A stretch of 64,000 nt of DNA from Chloroflexota bacterium (GCA_022826485.1 JAJDUU010000017.1:1722-65721), one strand, 5' to 3'; numbered from the stretch's first letter, positions 18,916 through 32,700 are shown. Numbers and translations: made by a program. Notes: a model not told the origin generated them from the letters alone.

Positions 18916-20121
18916 CTGGGCCTCCCATTGCCGGCTGAGTTGGGGACGCGACCTCCCATGCGGCAGCCCGGGCCGCATCGTAAACCGTCTGCAAGCGCAC
19001 GTCGTGTTCGCGCGCGGCGCGGGCGCAGTCGTCGGCCTCGGGCGCCACGTCGCGGAGGCGTCCGTCAATGTAGGAGGCCTTCACCGCAATCTCGCCATAG
19101 GGCGTGTCCACGCGCAGCACATGCCGCGGCACCTTCACCCGCCGCGCGTCGTGCAGCCGCACCCCGAGCGTCGAGGTCTCGCGCAGGAGCACGTCGACGG
19201 CGGCGTCGCTGGCTTCGGGCTGCGCCAGCACGCGGATCAACGTTCCGGGCCGTCCCTTCTTCATCGTCAGCGGCGTGAGGGTGACGTCGAGCGCGCCGGC
19301 CGCGAACAGCCGTTCGCTCACGGACGGGTAGTGCTCCGGGTTCATGTCGTCCACGTTGGCCTCGATCACAGTCACCACGTCCGTGCCCAGCGTGCTCGTG
19401 GCCTCGCCCAGCGTGACGCGCAACACGTTGGGGATGGCGAGGTCGGCGGTTCCCGCGCCGTATCCGGTGGCGGTCACGCGCATCGCGGGCGCGCGGCCGG
19501 CATGGGTGGTGAACTCGGTCAGCACCAGGGCGCCGGTAGGCGTGAGCAGCTCGGCGTCAACGTCGTTCGCGTAGATCTCGAGTGGCGAGCCCTGGAGAAG
19601 CTGAAGCGTCGCCGGAGCCGGGACCGGCAGAACCCCGTGGGAGGTGTTGACCGTTCCGCTGCCGGCATTGATGGCCGACGTGCTCATGGCCGTGATGCCC
19701 AGCAGGTCCACGGCCACGCACGCGCCCACGATGTCGAGCACCGCGTCCACCGCGCCGAGCTCGTGGAAATGCGCGTCGTCCGGGTCCACCCCGTGAACCG
19801 CCGCCTCGGCCTCCGCCAGCCGCCGCACCATGGCCTGCGCCCGGTCCTTGATGGGCGCCCGCAGCCCGCTCGCTCGAATGACCGCCGCCATCGACGCGGG
19901 ATCGCCCAGCGTTCCATGGCCGGCGGCCGTATCGATTGCGAAATCCATGTGCGTTGCCGCGATCGGGCCTTTGCGCACCGCCTGTCGCACCAGACGCCAG
20001 GGCGGCAATTCGAGCGTGCGCAGCTCGGCCTCCAGCGCGGCTTGGTCCAGCCCGGCGTCGAGCAACGCGCCCAGGAACATATTGCCGCTCGCGCCGGACG
20101 GGCCGTCGACGCGCGCGATGG

Positions 20122-20125
<4 letters not shown>
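18902..20125 (-). CDS. larC: Nickel-pincer cofactor biosynthesis protein LarC (DUF111 nickel insertion protein)
   Basis: MTIARVDGPSGASGNMFLGALLDAGL matches the LarC N-terminal G-x-SGDM-x-x-GAL-x-D-x-G pattern. ATGA overlap with the larB stop. Confidence 0.85.
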
Positions 20126-22202
<2,077 letters not shown>

Positions 22203-23399
22203 CTACGCAACCTGCACATCGATCACGATGTGCCGGATCGACTGCGTCGGCAGCTCGTTCGTGCCCAGCTCGCGCGTGAAGTCGGAGTGCGAGTAGACCA
22301 CGTGCAGCTTGTTGCCGCGCTGCATCACCGACGTGTACGAGCAGCCCGGACCGGTGTGAAACGCGAACGGGTATTCCCAATGCTCGCCGGTCCCGTCCAG
22401 GCTCAGCATCACGTGGGTGACCTGGGGATGGCCATAGCCCCCGCGCCCGGCCACACAGGCCAGCACGCCGTTGGGCAGCTTCTGCAGGCGCGGCTTGACG
22501 CCCTGCCAGCCAACCGACTCCGGCGCGGACCACGTCTCGCCGCCGTCCGTCGAGCGCGCCTGGAACATGGGCGAGTAGCCGCCAGTGCGCATCATGCAGA
22601 GGATGTCGCCGTTGTCGAGCTGGATGACGTCGGGCTCGTCGAATCCCTCGTCCACCGCCCGATCCCCCGGACCGTAGACCGGCTGGTGGTCGTCGGGATG
22701 GAAGTGCTCGACGAATCGCCAGGTGCGTCCGCGGTCGGACGAGCGGATGACGGCGCTCGAGAAGCTGTATTGCACCAGCTGCCGTCCGCTGGGGCTCAGC
22801 CCGTCGAGCAGCTCGGGCGGCCCGACCTGCTGCTCGGTCACCGTCATGTAGTCGCCGTTGTCCAGCTCGATCAGACGGGAGTAGTTCTCAAACGACGCCA
22901 TGTCCCAGGGAAACCCCTTGACCTTGAACGGGTGGAGCTCCAGCAGCTCGCCGGACTTGGTCCACCGGCGCAGTTGAAACGTCGAGTCCGCCCGCTGCTG
23001 GACGACGTGATACGGCCCCTCGGCGCTCAGATAGGGCTCCTGGTAGTTCTCCAGGGGGTAGGTATCGATCCGGGTGATGGTGCCGTCGCTCGGGTAGCCG
23101 ATGATGCCCGAGCCGAAATCCATGGTGTTCAGGCCGGTGATCGGATGCCGGTCGATGAACGGCGAGTCGTCCGGCGCCGGCTGCCAGGTCGCCCCCAGGT
23201 CGCTGGTGACCACCGCCGCCAGCGGCTCCACCCCGCCGTGACGGCCCCGGTGATAGGACAAGAAGAGGTTGTCGCCCTCGAGCTCCACCAGACCGGGAAA
23301 GTTGATGACGCTATCGGTCGCCTCCACCCACACGTCCGGCTCCGACGCCGAGATCACCACCTCGCGCGCGCCGTTGCTGTACCTCGCCTGCTTGATCAT
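22203..23399 (-). CDS. BNR/Asp-box repeat protein, sialidase-like six-bladed propeller (paralog 1), no signal peptide
   Basis: Asp-boxes (S-x-D-x-G-x-T-W) SDLGATW, SDRGRTW and STDGGETW. Start at the internal ATG (23397-23399), which follows GGTGGAG. Confidence 0.7.
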   Translation of the reverse strand: MIKQARYSNGAREVVISASEPDVWVEATDSVINFPGLVELEGDNLFLSYHRGRHGGVEPLAAVVTSDLGATWQPAPDDSPFIDRHPITGLNTMDFGSGIIGYPSDGTITRIDTYPLENYQEPYLSAEGPYHVVQQRADSTFQLRRWTKSGELLELHPFKVKGFPWDMASFENYSRLIELDNGDYMTVTEQQVGPPELLDGLSPSGRQLVQYSFSSAVIRSSDRGRTWRFVEHFHPDDHQPVYGPGDRAVDEGFDEPDVIQLDNGDILCMMRTGGYSPMFQARSTDGGETWSAPESVGWQGVKPRLQKLPNGVLACVAGRGGYGHPQVTHVMLSLDGTGEHWEYPFAFHTGPGCSYTSVMQRGNKLHVVYSHSDFTRELGTNELPTQSIRHIVIDVQVA

Positions 23400-23566
23400 C
23401 GCTGTGCTCCACCCCTGAGGCCGCGCCACACGCGACCACCTGCATCGTAGGAGGCGGTGGCGCGAAGCGCACTATCGACCAGCCGGCGGGGTGTTGCACT
23501 TCGTTTGTGAGTCTCGGGAATCCACCCGAAGCCCGGTCGTGGATCAATCGAGCGTGCGGTCGCCGA

Positions 23567-24340
23567 CTACTCCTGCGACTCTCTCCTTGCACCGCCGAGG
23601 CCGATGGTCGCCAATCCGAGCGCCAGCCCGATCGGCGCGAGCGATAGCGCGGCCGGCACTGGCGCATGGCCGACCGCGCCGATCACCACGTCGACAAAGC
23701 TCGGGCCGGGCGACGTGGTCTCTTCTTCCGCGGAGTCGCGGTCATCGCTCGACGAGCTCTTTTCGTCGTCTTGGTGGTGCCCGTCGCCCTCCGACCCCTC
23801 GTCGTCGTGGTGATGGCCGTCGCCCTCCGACCCCTCGTCGCCGTTGTGGTGGCCGTCGCCCTCCGACCCCTCGTCGTCGTTGTGGTGGCTGTCGCCCTCC
23901 GACCCTTCGTCGCCGTTGTGGTGGCCGTTCTCCTCCGCCGACTCAGTGTGATGGGAGTCCTGGGCACTGGTCATCAGGCTCGCACCGTCGTCTGCGTGCT
24001 GGTGTCCCTCATGGTCTGGGTTGAGATTCGCATCCACGTGCTGCCAGGTCCCGAGCACGGCGCTCAGGATGGCCAAAGCGGCGACCGCCCGCGCCAGCCT
24101 GACCGTCAGCGCTGTCTGACGAACGATAAGGGCGACCGTGGCGACGCTGACGATGCCGATCACTATCCACGGGGCCACTTGCCAGGGGCTGAGCCAGTGG
24201 CGTTCATAGGCGAGCGCCAGGGCGGTGCCCACCACGCCCAGCACCACGAGCAGGAGCAATCCCGCCCGAAGCCGCGCCGCTGTACCGTTCCGATCCGCCA
24301 TGTCGGTCATGGTGCCCACCCACCGTTCAGGTCGCGGCAT
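23567..24340 (-). CDS. Membrane protein with a His/Asp/Glu-rich tandem-repeat loop (putative metal-binding)
   Basis: Three N-terminal TM helices, a loop reading HHNGDEGSEGDSHHNDDEGSEGDGHHNGDEGSEGDGHHHDDEGSEGDGHHQDD, and a C-terminal TM helix. Confidence 0.6.
   Translation of the reverse strand: MPRPERWVGTMTDMADRNGTAARLRAGLLLLVVLGVVGTALALAYERHWLSPWQVAPWIVIGIVSVATVALIVRQTALTVRLARAVAALAILSAVLGTWQHVDANLNPDHEGHQHADDGASLMTSAQDSHHTESAEENGHHNGDEGSEGDSHHNDDEGSEGDGHHNGDEGSEGDGHHHDDEGSEGDGHHQDDEKSSSSDDRDSAEEETTSPGPSFVDVVIGAVGHAPVPAALSLAPIGLALGLATIGLGGARRESQE
23781..23924. repeat. Four tandem copies of a 36-bp coding repeat (12-aa unit G-D-E-G-S-E-G-D-G-H-H-x)
   Basis: Units start at 23781, 23817, 23853 and 23889 (CCGTCGCCCTCCGACCCCTCGTCGTCGTGGTGATGG and close variants). 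Confidence 0.9.
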
Positions 24341-24525
24341 CTCTCCGCCGGATTGTTCATGGTATCGCCGCTGGCGTCAGGCGTGCAGCGCCCAAGGGTT
24401 CAGCAGCAATCCCACGCTGCCCGCAGCGCGGGCCACCGGAGGCCTATCCGCTAGGGACTTGCGATCGGGTGGCGGATTGTCAGGCGCCCCGCACGTAGAT
24501 GAAGGCGTCCAGGTCGAGGAGGTCT

Positions 24526-24750
24526 TCAACGCTCATTCATTTCGTCCCGCGTGAACTGCCGACCGCCCGTCGCAATCTCGCTCTGGAGCTCGTGAATGGT
24601 CGCAACGGCAGAGTCGCCCCGGTGTTTGCGTCCGGCGTAGTCCGCGAGCCACAGCCGAAACTCGGCGTCCAAAGTGGTCCGCTCGGCCCTGGCCCGCCGA
24701 CGGGCCGCAGCGATCAGTCCGGCATCAGCGCTGAACGCGATGCTCTTCAC
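24526..24750 (-). CDS. Ribbon-helix-helix (CopG/VapB-like) antitoxin-like protein
   Basis: GTG start at 24748-24750, 7 nt after GGAGGG. VKSIAFSADAGLIAAARRRARAERTTLDAEFRLWL fits a beta-strand/helix/helix RHH layout. The longer 130-aa ORF start lacks support. Confidence 0.4.
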   Translation of the reverse strand: MKSIAFSADAGLIAAARRRARAERTTLDAEFRLWLADYAGRKHRGDSAVATIHELQSEIATGGRQFTRDEMNER

Positions 24751-24958
24751 TCGATGCCCTCCACGGTGGCACTCACGACCATCAAGTACACGAGACTCGG
24801 GCTTCTCGCCCTGCTGCGATTCTCGCGGTCCCGACGCGCACGGGTCGAATCGTATTTCGGAGTCGCAGTTAAATGCCGAACACGTCAAAAGACTCCGGCT
24901 CGTCGCCCCCCATCCCACCTTCCCCGCGAAGGAGGAAGGGGATCAAACCGGGACTCCG

Positions 24959-25831
24959 CTAAATCGTGTGCATGAAGGGCACGTGCTCGGTGCCGTTGAT
25001 GACGGCCAGCGCCAGGTCGCGGAAGCGGATGGTTTCCGCCGTGTTGTCGACCTGGTTGCAGTTCCAGATCGCGGTCCAGACGAACTCGACGCCGAACCAA
25101 CCGCCGTAGCCGACCTCCTGCATCTTCTCGATGATGCGGCGGTAGTCGATGACGTTCTCGTCAAAGTCCACCTGCATCCGATCCGGCGCGCAGCCGCGGC
25201 AGTGGAAGTGGCGCGCGTGGGGCAGCAGCGGGTCCACGCTGGTCTGCTCCATGCCCTGATAGACGAAGTGGCAGTAGTCCAGCGTGAGCTTGAGCCCCGG
25301 GACCAGGTCCAGCATTTCCAGCGCCAAATCCACGGTGTTGGCGTTGGTGCCCACGGCGGGCTCGACCGAGACCGCGATGCCGTGTTTGTCGCCCTGGTCG
25401 ACACGCCACTTGAGCTCCTCGGCGGAGTTGCGCAGCGACTCGCTGGGCGACTCGCCTTCGAACGGCACGCCACAGGTCGAGGAAATGCCCTTGGCTTCCA
25501 GGCGGCGCGACAACTCCACCACGTCGTTGAAGTACATGCGCCCGGCTTCGCGCTGGGCCGGATCGGGATTGTTCGGCACCATGCCGCCGGGTTCGGTGCT
25601 CGCGATCAGGAACACGTCCGCCGGCTCGAGGTTGTTCTGCTCCAGTCGCTCCCGCAGGATGCCGGCCCACATGGGCACGTCGCCGTGGATCACCTCCGGG
25701 CGAATGTGCGAGCGGTTGCCGAAGATTCCCAGGTCGACGCCCTCGAATCCGAGGGTGGAGATCAGGGCCAGGGACTGCTCGTGTCGGAGCAGGGGCCAGG
25801 TGAAGTCGGCGCAGGCGAGCCTAATGGACAT
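24959..25831 (-). CDS. Sugar phosphate isomerase/epimerase (xylose-isomerase-like TIM barrel) family protein
   Basis: MSIRLACADFTW...GFEGVDL start is typical of AP-endonuclease-2/TIM-barrel family members. The ATG at 25829-25831 is preceded by GGAGGTG. Confidence 0.7.
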   Translation of the reverse strand: MSIRLACADFTWPLLRHEQSLALISTLGFEGVDLGIFGNRSHIRPEVIHGDVPMWAGILRERLEQNNLEPADVFLIASTEPGGMVPNNPDPAQREAGRMYFNDVVELSRRLEAKGISSTCGVPFEGESPSESLRNSAEELKWRVDQGDKHGIAVSVEPAVGTNANTVDLALEMLDLVPGLKLTLDYCHFVYQGMEQTSVDPLLPHARHFHCRGCAPDRMQVDFDENVIDYRRIIEKMQEVGYGGWFGVEFVWTAIWNCNQVDNTAETIRFRDLALAVINGTEHVPFMHTI

Positions 25832-26000
25832 GGAGTCACCTCCCGCGGGTGCGTCGGCCCATGGTCGCAAAATCAGCGCGAGCGCGCCGGGCAACGCCCG
25901 GTCGAGCCGACGCGACGACCCTGCCGTGGCCTAGACTTCAATCTACGGTGCCAGCGCAAGGCAACAACCCCTGGGCCTGAATCACAGAGCCTCACTTCGA

Positions 26001-27623
26001 ATGCACCTGGGCGCCGTCCGCCGCCTGGGCCCCGTGCTGGCGGCCTGCATGGTCGGCGGCGCCATGGTCGTGGCGGTCGCCGCCTGTGATCCGATCGAGC
26101 CCGCCGCCGACGCCACGCCCACGCTCGCGCCCGATCCATCGACCGAGCAGCGCGATCCGATGGTCGCGGTGGAGCGCGGACGCCTGGAGAACCGACTGCG
26201 AATTCCCGGGCTGGTCGAGGCCCGGGGACAAGAGATTCTGACGTTCGACGTGCCCGGCGTCGTCGGCGCGGTGCGCGGCCAGCGCGGGGTGATGGTGCAG
26301 GCGGGCAGCGTGCTGGTGTCACTCGACGCGGAGTCGCTGAATGCCGAGATCGGCGCCGCACGCGAGGCGCGCGTGGCCATTCTTGAAGAGCTGGCAACGG
26401 TCGAGACCCGGCTTGCCGCCGAGCGGATCGCCGCCGAGCGCACCGTGCTGGCGGCGAGGGCCAAGCTTGCCGAGCAGGAACGCGTGTGGGCAGCGCTCAC
26501 CGCGCCGCCGCCCGTCGCCGAGGTGGATGTCCTCCTTGGGCGGATGGCGCTGCTGGCGGCGGTGGTGACCGACCGCGAGGCGGCGGTGGTCGCGGCAGAG
26601 CGCGCGGTCGACGCGCTGGCGGCGATTGCGCAGGCCGACGTCGCGCTGCGCGAGGCGGATCTCGCCGATGCGCAAGCCGCTTTCGACGCGGTGCCCGAGG
26701 ATGCATCGCCACGGGAGGTCGCGGTTGCCCAGGCGCGACTGGCTGCCGCCGAGCTTGCGGTCGCCGAGGCGCGCACGCACGAACGGGAGACCACGGGGCC
26801 TGATGGACCGCCGCAGCTGCGCTCGGCACGGCGCGAGCTGGCCGCCGCCGAGGCGGACTTGCTGGCGGCTCAGGCCGGCCTCGAGCGCCTGACGGCCGGC
26901 CCCTTGTTCGAAGACTTGGCCGCGGCCGATGCCGCCTTGGCCTCGGCGCAGTACGAGTACGACCTCGCGGACGAGGCGCTGGCCGCCCTCGACTCGGGCA
27001 CCTCGCCCCTCGCCGCGGACGCCGAGCGGCTGCGGGCGGAGGCCGTACGCCTGGAGGAGCGAGTCGCCCTGCTCGAGAGCCGCACGACCGAACTGGACAT
27101 CGCGGCGCCCTACGACGCGATCATTTCCCGCGTGCTCACGGTGCGCGGGCGCGAGGTGGCCCCCGGCGATCCGGCGATCGAGCTCGCACGGGCTTCGGAC
27201 CTGGTATTCGAAGCAGCGGCCACCACGGCGCATGCCGCCAACCTGCGCCTCGATCAAACGGTCCAGGTCACACTGCGCGAGTTTGCCGGCGCGCCATTAG
27301 CGGGCACCGTGGTCACGCTGCCGTTGGACACCGGCGACCCTGCGGACTCGCCCTTCATCCAGCTCAAGGTCGAATGGGGCGACCTGCCGGTCACGATCGG
27401 CCTGCAGGGCGTCATCAGCGTCCTGCTGGGGGCGTCCGACGGCGTGCTCAAGGTGCCCGCGACCGCGGTGTGGACGCTCAACGGTCGCTCGTTCGTCGAG
27501 ACGCTGATCGACGGTCGCCGCCGGACGCTGCCGGTGACCCTGGGCATGGAGACTGACGACGAGGTCGAGATCATCCACGGCCTGTCCGAGGGCGACATGA
27601 TCTTCGCCACCGTTCGCTCGTGA
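26001..27623 (+). CDS. HlyD/efflux periplasmic adaptor (membrane fusion protein) with a long Ala-rich coiled coil
   Basis: N-terminal anchor with a possible lipobox (VAVAAC), a lipoyl-like segment, roughly 250 aa of coiled coil, and a C-terminal beta-barrel ending EVEIIHGLSEGDMI. Overlaps the permease start. Confidence 0.72.
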   Translation: MHLGAVRRLGPVLAACMVGGAMVVAVAACDPIEPAADATPTLAPDPSTEQRDPMVAVERGRLENRLRIPGLVEARGQEILTFDVPGVVGAVRGQRGVMVQAGSVLVSLDAESLNAEIGAAREARVAILEELATVETRLAAERIAAERTVLAARAKLAEQERVWAALTAPPPVAEVDVLLGRMALLAAVVTDREAAVVAAERAVDALAAIAQADVALREADLADAQAAFDAVPEDASPREVAVAQARLAAAELAVAEARTHERETTGPDGPPQLRSARRELAAAEADLLAAQAGLERLTAGPLFEDLAAADAALASAQYEYDLADEALAALDSGTSPLAADAERLRAEAVRLEERVALLESRTTELDIAAPYDAIISRVLTVRGREVAPGDPAIELARASDLVFEAAATTAHAANLRLDQTVQVTLREFAGAPLAGTVVTLPLDTGDPADSPFIQLKVEWGDLPVTIGLQGVISVLLGASDGVLKVPATAVWTLNGRSFVETLIDGRRRTLPVTLGMETDDEVEIIHGLSEGDMIFATVRS

Positions 27624-30516
27624 TTTTCTCGGGCGTCGGCGCGGCCGGGCGCACGGTGCTCGCGCTGGTGGGGTTCGCCGCACGGCGGCTGCGCAGCAAT
27701 CCCATTCACGCCCTGACCACGCTGCTGGGTCTCTCGCTCACGGTGGGCGTGATCACCGCCGTGCCGCTCTACGCCGAGGGCATGAGCACCCGCCTGCTTC
27801 GGGAGCACCTGCGCGCCTCGCCCGGACCGCTCGATCTGGGCGTGGTGATCGAGCACGGCGAGGCGCAACTGCCCGACGATCCCCCCACGTCGCCCGCGGC
27901 GTATCGGCGAGCCGACCGAATCCTTAGCGAGGCCGCGGCCACCTATCTCGGCGTGCCTGCGGAAGCCATCGTGCGGTTGGTGCGATCCGACAACCGGCAC
28001 CTGCTGTTCACGTCCGACGACCCGGACGCGCCCCTGCGCGAGGGCGTTCCCTGGGGCGGGCTGGCCGCGATTACCGGGCTGGCCGACAACGTCGAGATGT
28101 TGGAAGGCCGCGCGGCCGCCGACGAGGTCTACACGCTGCGCCTGCCGTCCGGCGCGCTGGCGCCGCTGGTCGAGGCGGTGGCCGCCACGGACATGCTCGA
28201 CGCCGCCGGCCTGGTGGTCGGGGACCAGGTGCAACTGCGCTTCGGCGACCCGCGGGCGATTGACACGCCGCAGGCGGTGGTTGCCGTGGACATCGTGGGG
28301 CGCTTCGCCCCCATCGATGGGCGCCGGGCCTATTGGCCCGCCGAGGTCGAGGAGCTCACCAAGAACACCCTCTTCACGCCGCCGGCCGCGTTTGTCGATG
28401 GCCTGCTGGCGCGCTATCCCGAGGTTTGGCATCCGCGCCTCCTGGACCGCGCGGTGTGGTTCGCGCCTCTGGACGACGCCGCGCTGCAGGCGTCGTCCGC
28501 CGGCCGGACGAACGAGGGCATCTTCGCCGTGCGCACGATTGCGGAGCGGGTGCTGCCGTTCATGAGCGTGAGGACTCGCCTGGAGCGCGACCTCGAACGG
28601 TTCGAGAGCCGCCTGGCCGTGCTCACGGTGGCCCTGCTGGCGCTGAGCGTGCCGATCGTGGTGATGGTGTTGGGATTCATGCGGCTCTCGGTATCGCTGG
28701 CCATCGAACGCCAGCGGCAAGAGGTGGCGCTGCTGCGCAGCCGCGGGGTGGGCGTGGCGCAGCTGGTTGGCGTGTATCTCGTCGAAGGGCTGCTGATCGG
28801 GGCGCCGGCGCTGGTTGCGGGTCTGGCGCTGGGCCTGGGCTTTGCGCAGGCCATCGGACAGACGGCGAGCTTTCTGGCCTTCGACGCGCGCGCGCCGCTG
28901 GACATCACGCTGACGGGGAGCCAGGTGGCCGTGGGCGCGGCGGCCATCGGGGTCAGTCTGCTGGCGATGTTGGGGCCGGTGGTGGGCGCCGCCAGGCTGA
29001 GCATTGTGGGCGCCAAGCAGCAGGCCTCGCGCAGCTTGGATCGCCCGCTCTACCAGCGGCGGCTGCTGGACGTGCTGCTGCTGGCGGCGGCGATTGCCGG
29101 GCTGTTCCTGCTGCGGAGCGTCGACGCGCTGCCCGGCGAGACCGACGACGACCTGTTGCTCGCCGACACGCTGCTGGTGCTGGCGCCGATTCTCTTCATC
29201 TTCGCGGTCTCGGTCTTCGCGCTCCGCGCGTTTCCCTATGCGGTGCGAGCGCTCGCGGCGCTCACCTCGCGGGTGTCCGGCGTGAGCGCTTTCGTGGCGC
29301 TGCGGCAGATCGGCCGCAGCCCGGCGCACTACACCAGCCTGGTGTTGCTGCTCTCACTGACCTTCGCCCTGGGAGCCTTCAGCGCGTCGTTTGCGGCGAC
29401 CATCGATCGCAACATCATCGATCGCGTCTACTACGCCACCGGCGCCGACGCCCGGATCTTCGAGAGCGGGCACTTCGACCCCGACGCGAGGTCCTGGTAC
29501 ATCGCCCCGGTCGACCGCCACCTGGACGTGGTGGACGAGGACGGCCGGCAAGTCGTCACGGAAGCGGCGCGACATTGGGTCAAGAACGCGCTCTTGCACG
29601 TCGACACGCCGTCGGTGAATGCGCTGCGCGAGGTTCGGCTGCACGCGGTCGATCCCATTCCGTTCGCCCGCACGATTGCCTGGCGCGAGGACTACGCGAC
29701 CACATCGCTGAATGCGCTGGCCAACGCGCTAGCGGCGGACGACCGCGGCGTGATCCTGGAGCGCGAGGCGTTTCACGAAACCATGGGCGTGCAGATCGGC
29801 GACAAGGTGACCATGGAGATCAATCGCGTGGTCTTGCCCTTCGTGGTGGTGGGCTGGATGGACGCCCTGCCGTCACACGACAAAGGCGCGGGCTCGTTCG
29901 CCGTCGCCAATCTCACCTATATCGGTCGAGTGATCGGCCGGTCGCCATGGAACACCCTGGTGCGCCTGGTGCCCGACGCGCCGGCGCAAGAGCTGATCCA
30001 GCCGCTGAACGACCTCGACATCCGGGCGCTGCGCACCGTGGACGCCAGGTCCGAGATCGTGGACGCGCGCAGCGACGCCGTGCTGGTCGGCACGTTCGGC
30101 TTGCTGACGCTGGCGTTCATCGTGGCCGCGGGCCTGACTCTCAGCGGATTCGGCATGCACGCGGTCCTGTCGTTTCGGCGACGCGTCCAGGAGTTCGGCA
30201 TCCTCCGCGCCATGGGAATCTCGACGCGCCAGATGGCCGCCATCGTGGCGTTGGAGCAGGGATTCCTGGTGCTGCTCGGCACGGCCGTCGGGACGGTCAT
30301 CGGCATGGTGACGGCCGCGCTGTTCGTGCCGTTTCTCGAGCTCAGCGCCGGCGAGCGCGATGCGTTTCCACCCTTCATCGTCGACACCGCCTGGGATGAC
30401 GTCGGCAAGATCTACGTCGTGTTCGGCGTGCTCATCGCGGCGGCGCTGCCGCTCTCGATCCGGCTGCTGCGACGCGTCCGGACGCACGAAGCCATCAAGT
30501 TCGGCGAGGAAACTGG

Positions 30517-30520
<4 letters not shown>
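27620..30520 (+). CDS. ABC transporter permease with two FtsX-type domains (966 aa)
   Basis: Two FtsX-like four-helix modules. The C-terminal one reads RRRVQEFGILRAMGISTRQMAAIVALEQGFL. Large extracytoplasmic loops. Confidence 0.8.
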
Positions 30521-31418
<898 letters not shown>

Positions 31419-31422
<4 letters not shown>

Positions 31423-32189
31423 CGCCGGTCGTGCAACTGCAGGACGTGTCGCGCCGCTACGGGGAAGGCCCCGCCGCGGTAACGGCCGTGGCCGGGGCGA
31501 ACTGGGACATTGCGCGCGGCGGTCTCTACGCGCTGCGCGGACGGTCCGGCTCGGGCAAGACGACCCTGCTCAACCTGATCGGTGGGCTGGACGTGCCGAG
31601 CGAGGGGCGCGTGATCTTCGATGGCGCCGACCTGGGAGCGCTGAGCGAGGACGCGCTGGCCGCCGTGCGCCGCCGCAGTCTCGGCTTCGTGTTTCAGACG
31701 TTCGCGTTGCTGCCGGTGCTCTCGGCGCGGGAGAACGTGGAGCTAGCGCTGCGCGTGGCGAGCGCTCCGTCGGCGACGTGGAGCGAGCGCACGCTGGAGG
31801 TGCTGCGGATGGTGGGCCTGGAGTCGCGCGCGGACCACCGCCCGTTCGAGCTGAGCGGGGGCGAGCAGCAGCGGGTGGCCATTGCCCGCGCCGTCGCCAA
31901 TCGACCCGACGTGCTGCTGGCCGACGAGCCCACCGGCGAGCTGGACAGCAACACTGGCCTGGAGATCATGCTGCTGTTTCGTCACATCGTGGCCGAAGAA
32001 GGCGTGACCGCCGTGGTGGCCACCCACGACCCCGCCCTGAGCCAGATCGCCGATCAAACCATGGTCATGCGCGACGGGCATCTTGCCGAAGCCGAGGGCC
32101 CGCTGGACTTCGACCTGCCGGACCTGGTGCAGCACGTGGAGATTGTGGACTCAATGGCCGAGGGCGGCTTACATTCCGCCAGCTCATAG
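31419..32189 (+). CDS. ABC transporter ATP-binding protein (second, distinct subunit)
   Basis: Walker [18 protein letters not shown], Walker [21 protein letters not shown] overlap with the preceding ATPase gene. Confidence 0.9.
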
Positions 32190-32326
32190 GCCGTCGTCGC
32201 GGCGGGTCCAGCCGGATAGATTGCGTGGTAGCATACGGGCAGCGGCCAGCGCCGATCAGCCGCTTATCGCTTTGCCCAACATGATGTTGATCAAGCGATT
32301 GGCAAGGTATCTAAGGTGGCTTTCGC

Positions 32327-32695
32327 ATGCACTTTAGCTCCCATGCTTACGCTGTGTCCCAGAAAATGGATGCGACATTCCTCAATATGTTTGGGCCTGC
32401 GCTATTTGCAATTTTCGTTCTCATCGTCTACTTCACCCCATCCATTATTGCTCATTTCACAGACCACGAGCGCAGAAAATCTATCACACTAATGAACTTC
32501 GTCTTCGGATGGACGCTTGTTGGTTGGTTTCTAGCGCTCGCATGGACGTTGACCACTCTTCCACGGAAGGTCGACAACGGACGGAGAAATCTCCGACCGA
32601 CGGTGCGGAGCCTCTCCAGTTCGTCACCACGCACGACGCGAGCTGCACGAGGCGTTGAGAATCGTGAGGGGACGCAATCTCGACGCGAGATTTGA
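32327..32695 (+). CDS. Superinfection-immunity (Imm)-like two-TM membrane protein, paralog 1
   Basis: YFTPSIIAHFTDHERRKSITLMNFVFGWTLVGWFLALAWTL matches the Imm_superinfect family core (Y-x-x-P-S-I-I-A ... N-x-x-x-GWT-x-x-GW ... W). The gene is AT-rich relative to its neighbours. The start could instead be the internal ATG at 32366. Confidence 0.62.
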   Translation: MHFSSHAYAVSQKMDATFLNMFGPALFAIFVLIVYFTPSIIAHFTDHERRKSITLMNFVFGWTLVGWFLALAWTLTTLPRKVDNGRRNLRPTVRSLSSSSPRTTRAARGVENREGTQSRREI

Positions 32696-32700
32696 CCGAC

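Noticed and set aside
23666-24454. Alternative-frame repeat peptides over the His-rich repeat: the VVVMAVALRPL repeats on the plus strand and TTTATKGRRATA from the minus-strand ORF 23683..23967
   Set aside because: They are mirror or shifted readings of the same 36-bp repeat. Only the 23567..24340 frame yields flanking TM helices and a coherent protein.
24905-24950. CCCACCTTCCCCGCGAAGGAGGAAGGGGATC hairpin downstream of the isomerase gene, considered as an intrinsic terminator
   Set aside because: A stem is present (CCTTCC / GGAAGG) but there is no U-tract. It may be another D-like repeat copy, and there is not enough support to annotate a terminator.
24674-26089. 471-aa plus-strand ORF antisense to the sugar-phosphate isomerase gene
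   Set aside because: Off-frame artefact. The minus frame has a good RBS and family-typical N-terminus.
27254-30399. 691-aa minus-strand ORF and 688-aa plus-strand ORF overlapping the FtsX permease gene
   Set aside because: Both are Arg/Gly/His-rich with no TM helices. The 27620..30520 frame shows FtsX motifs and couples to its neighbours.
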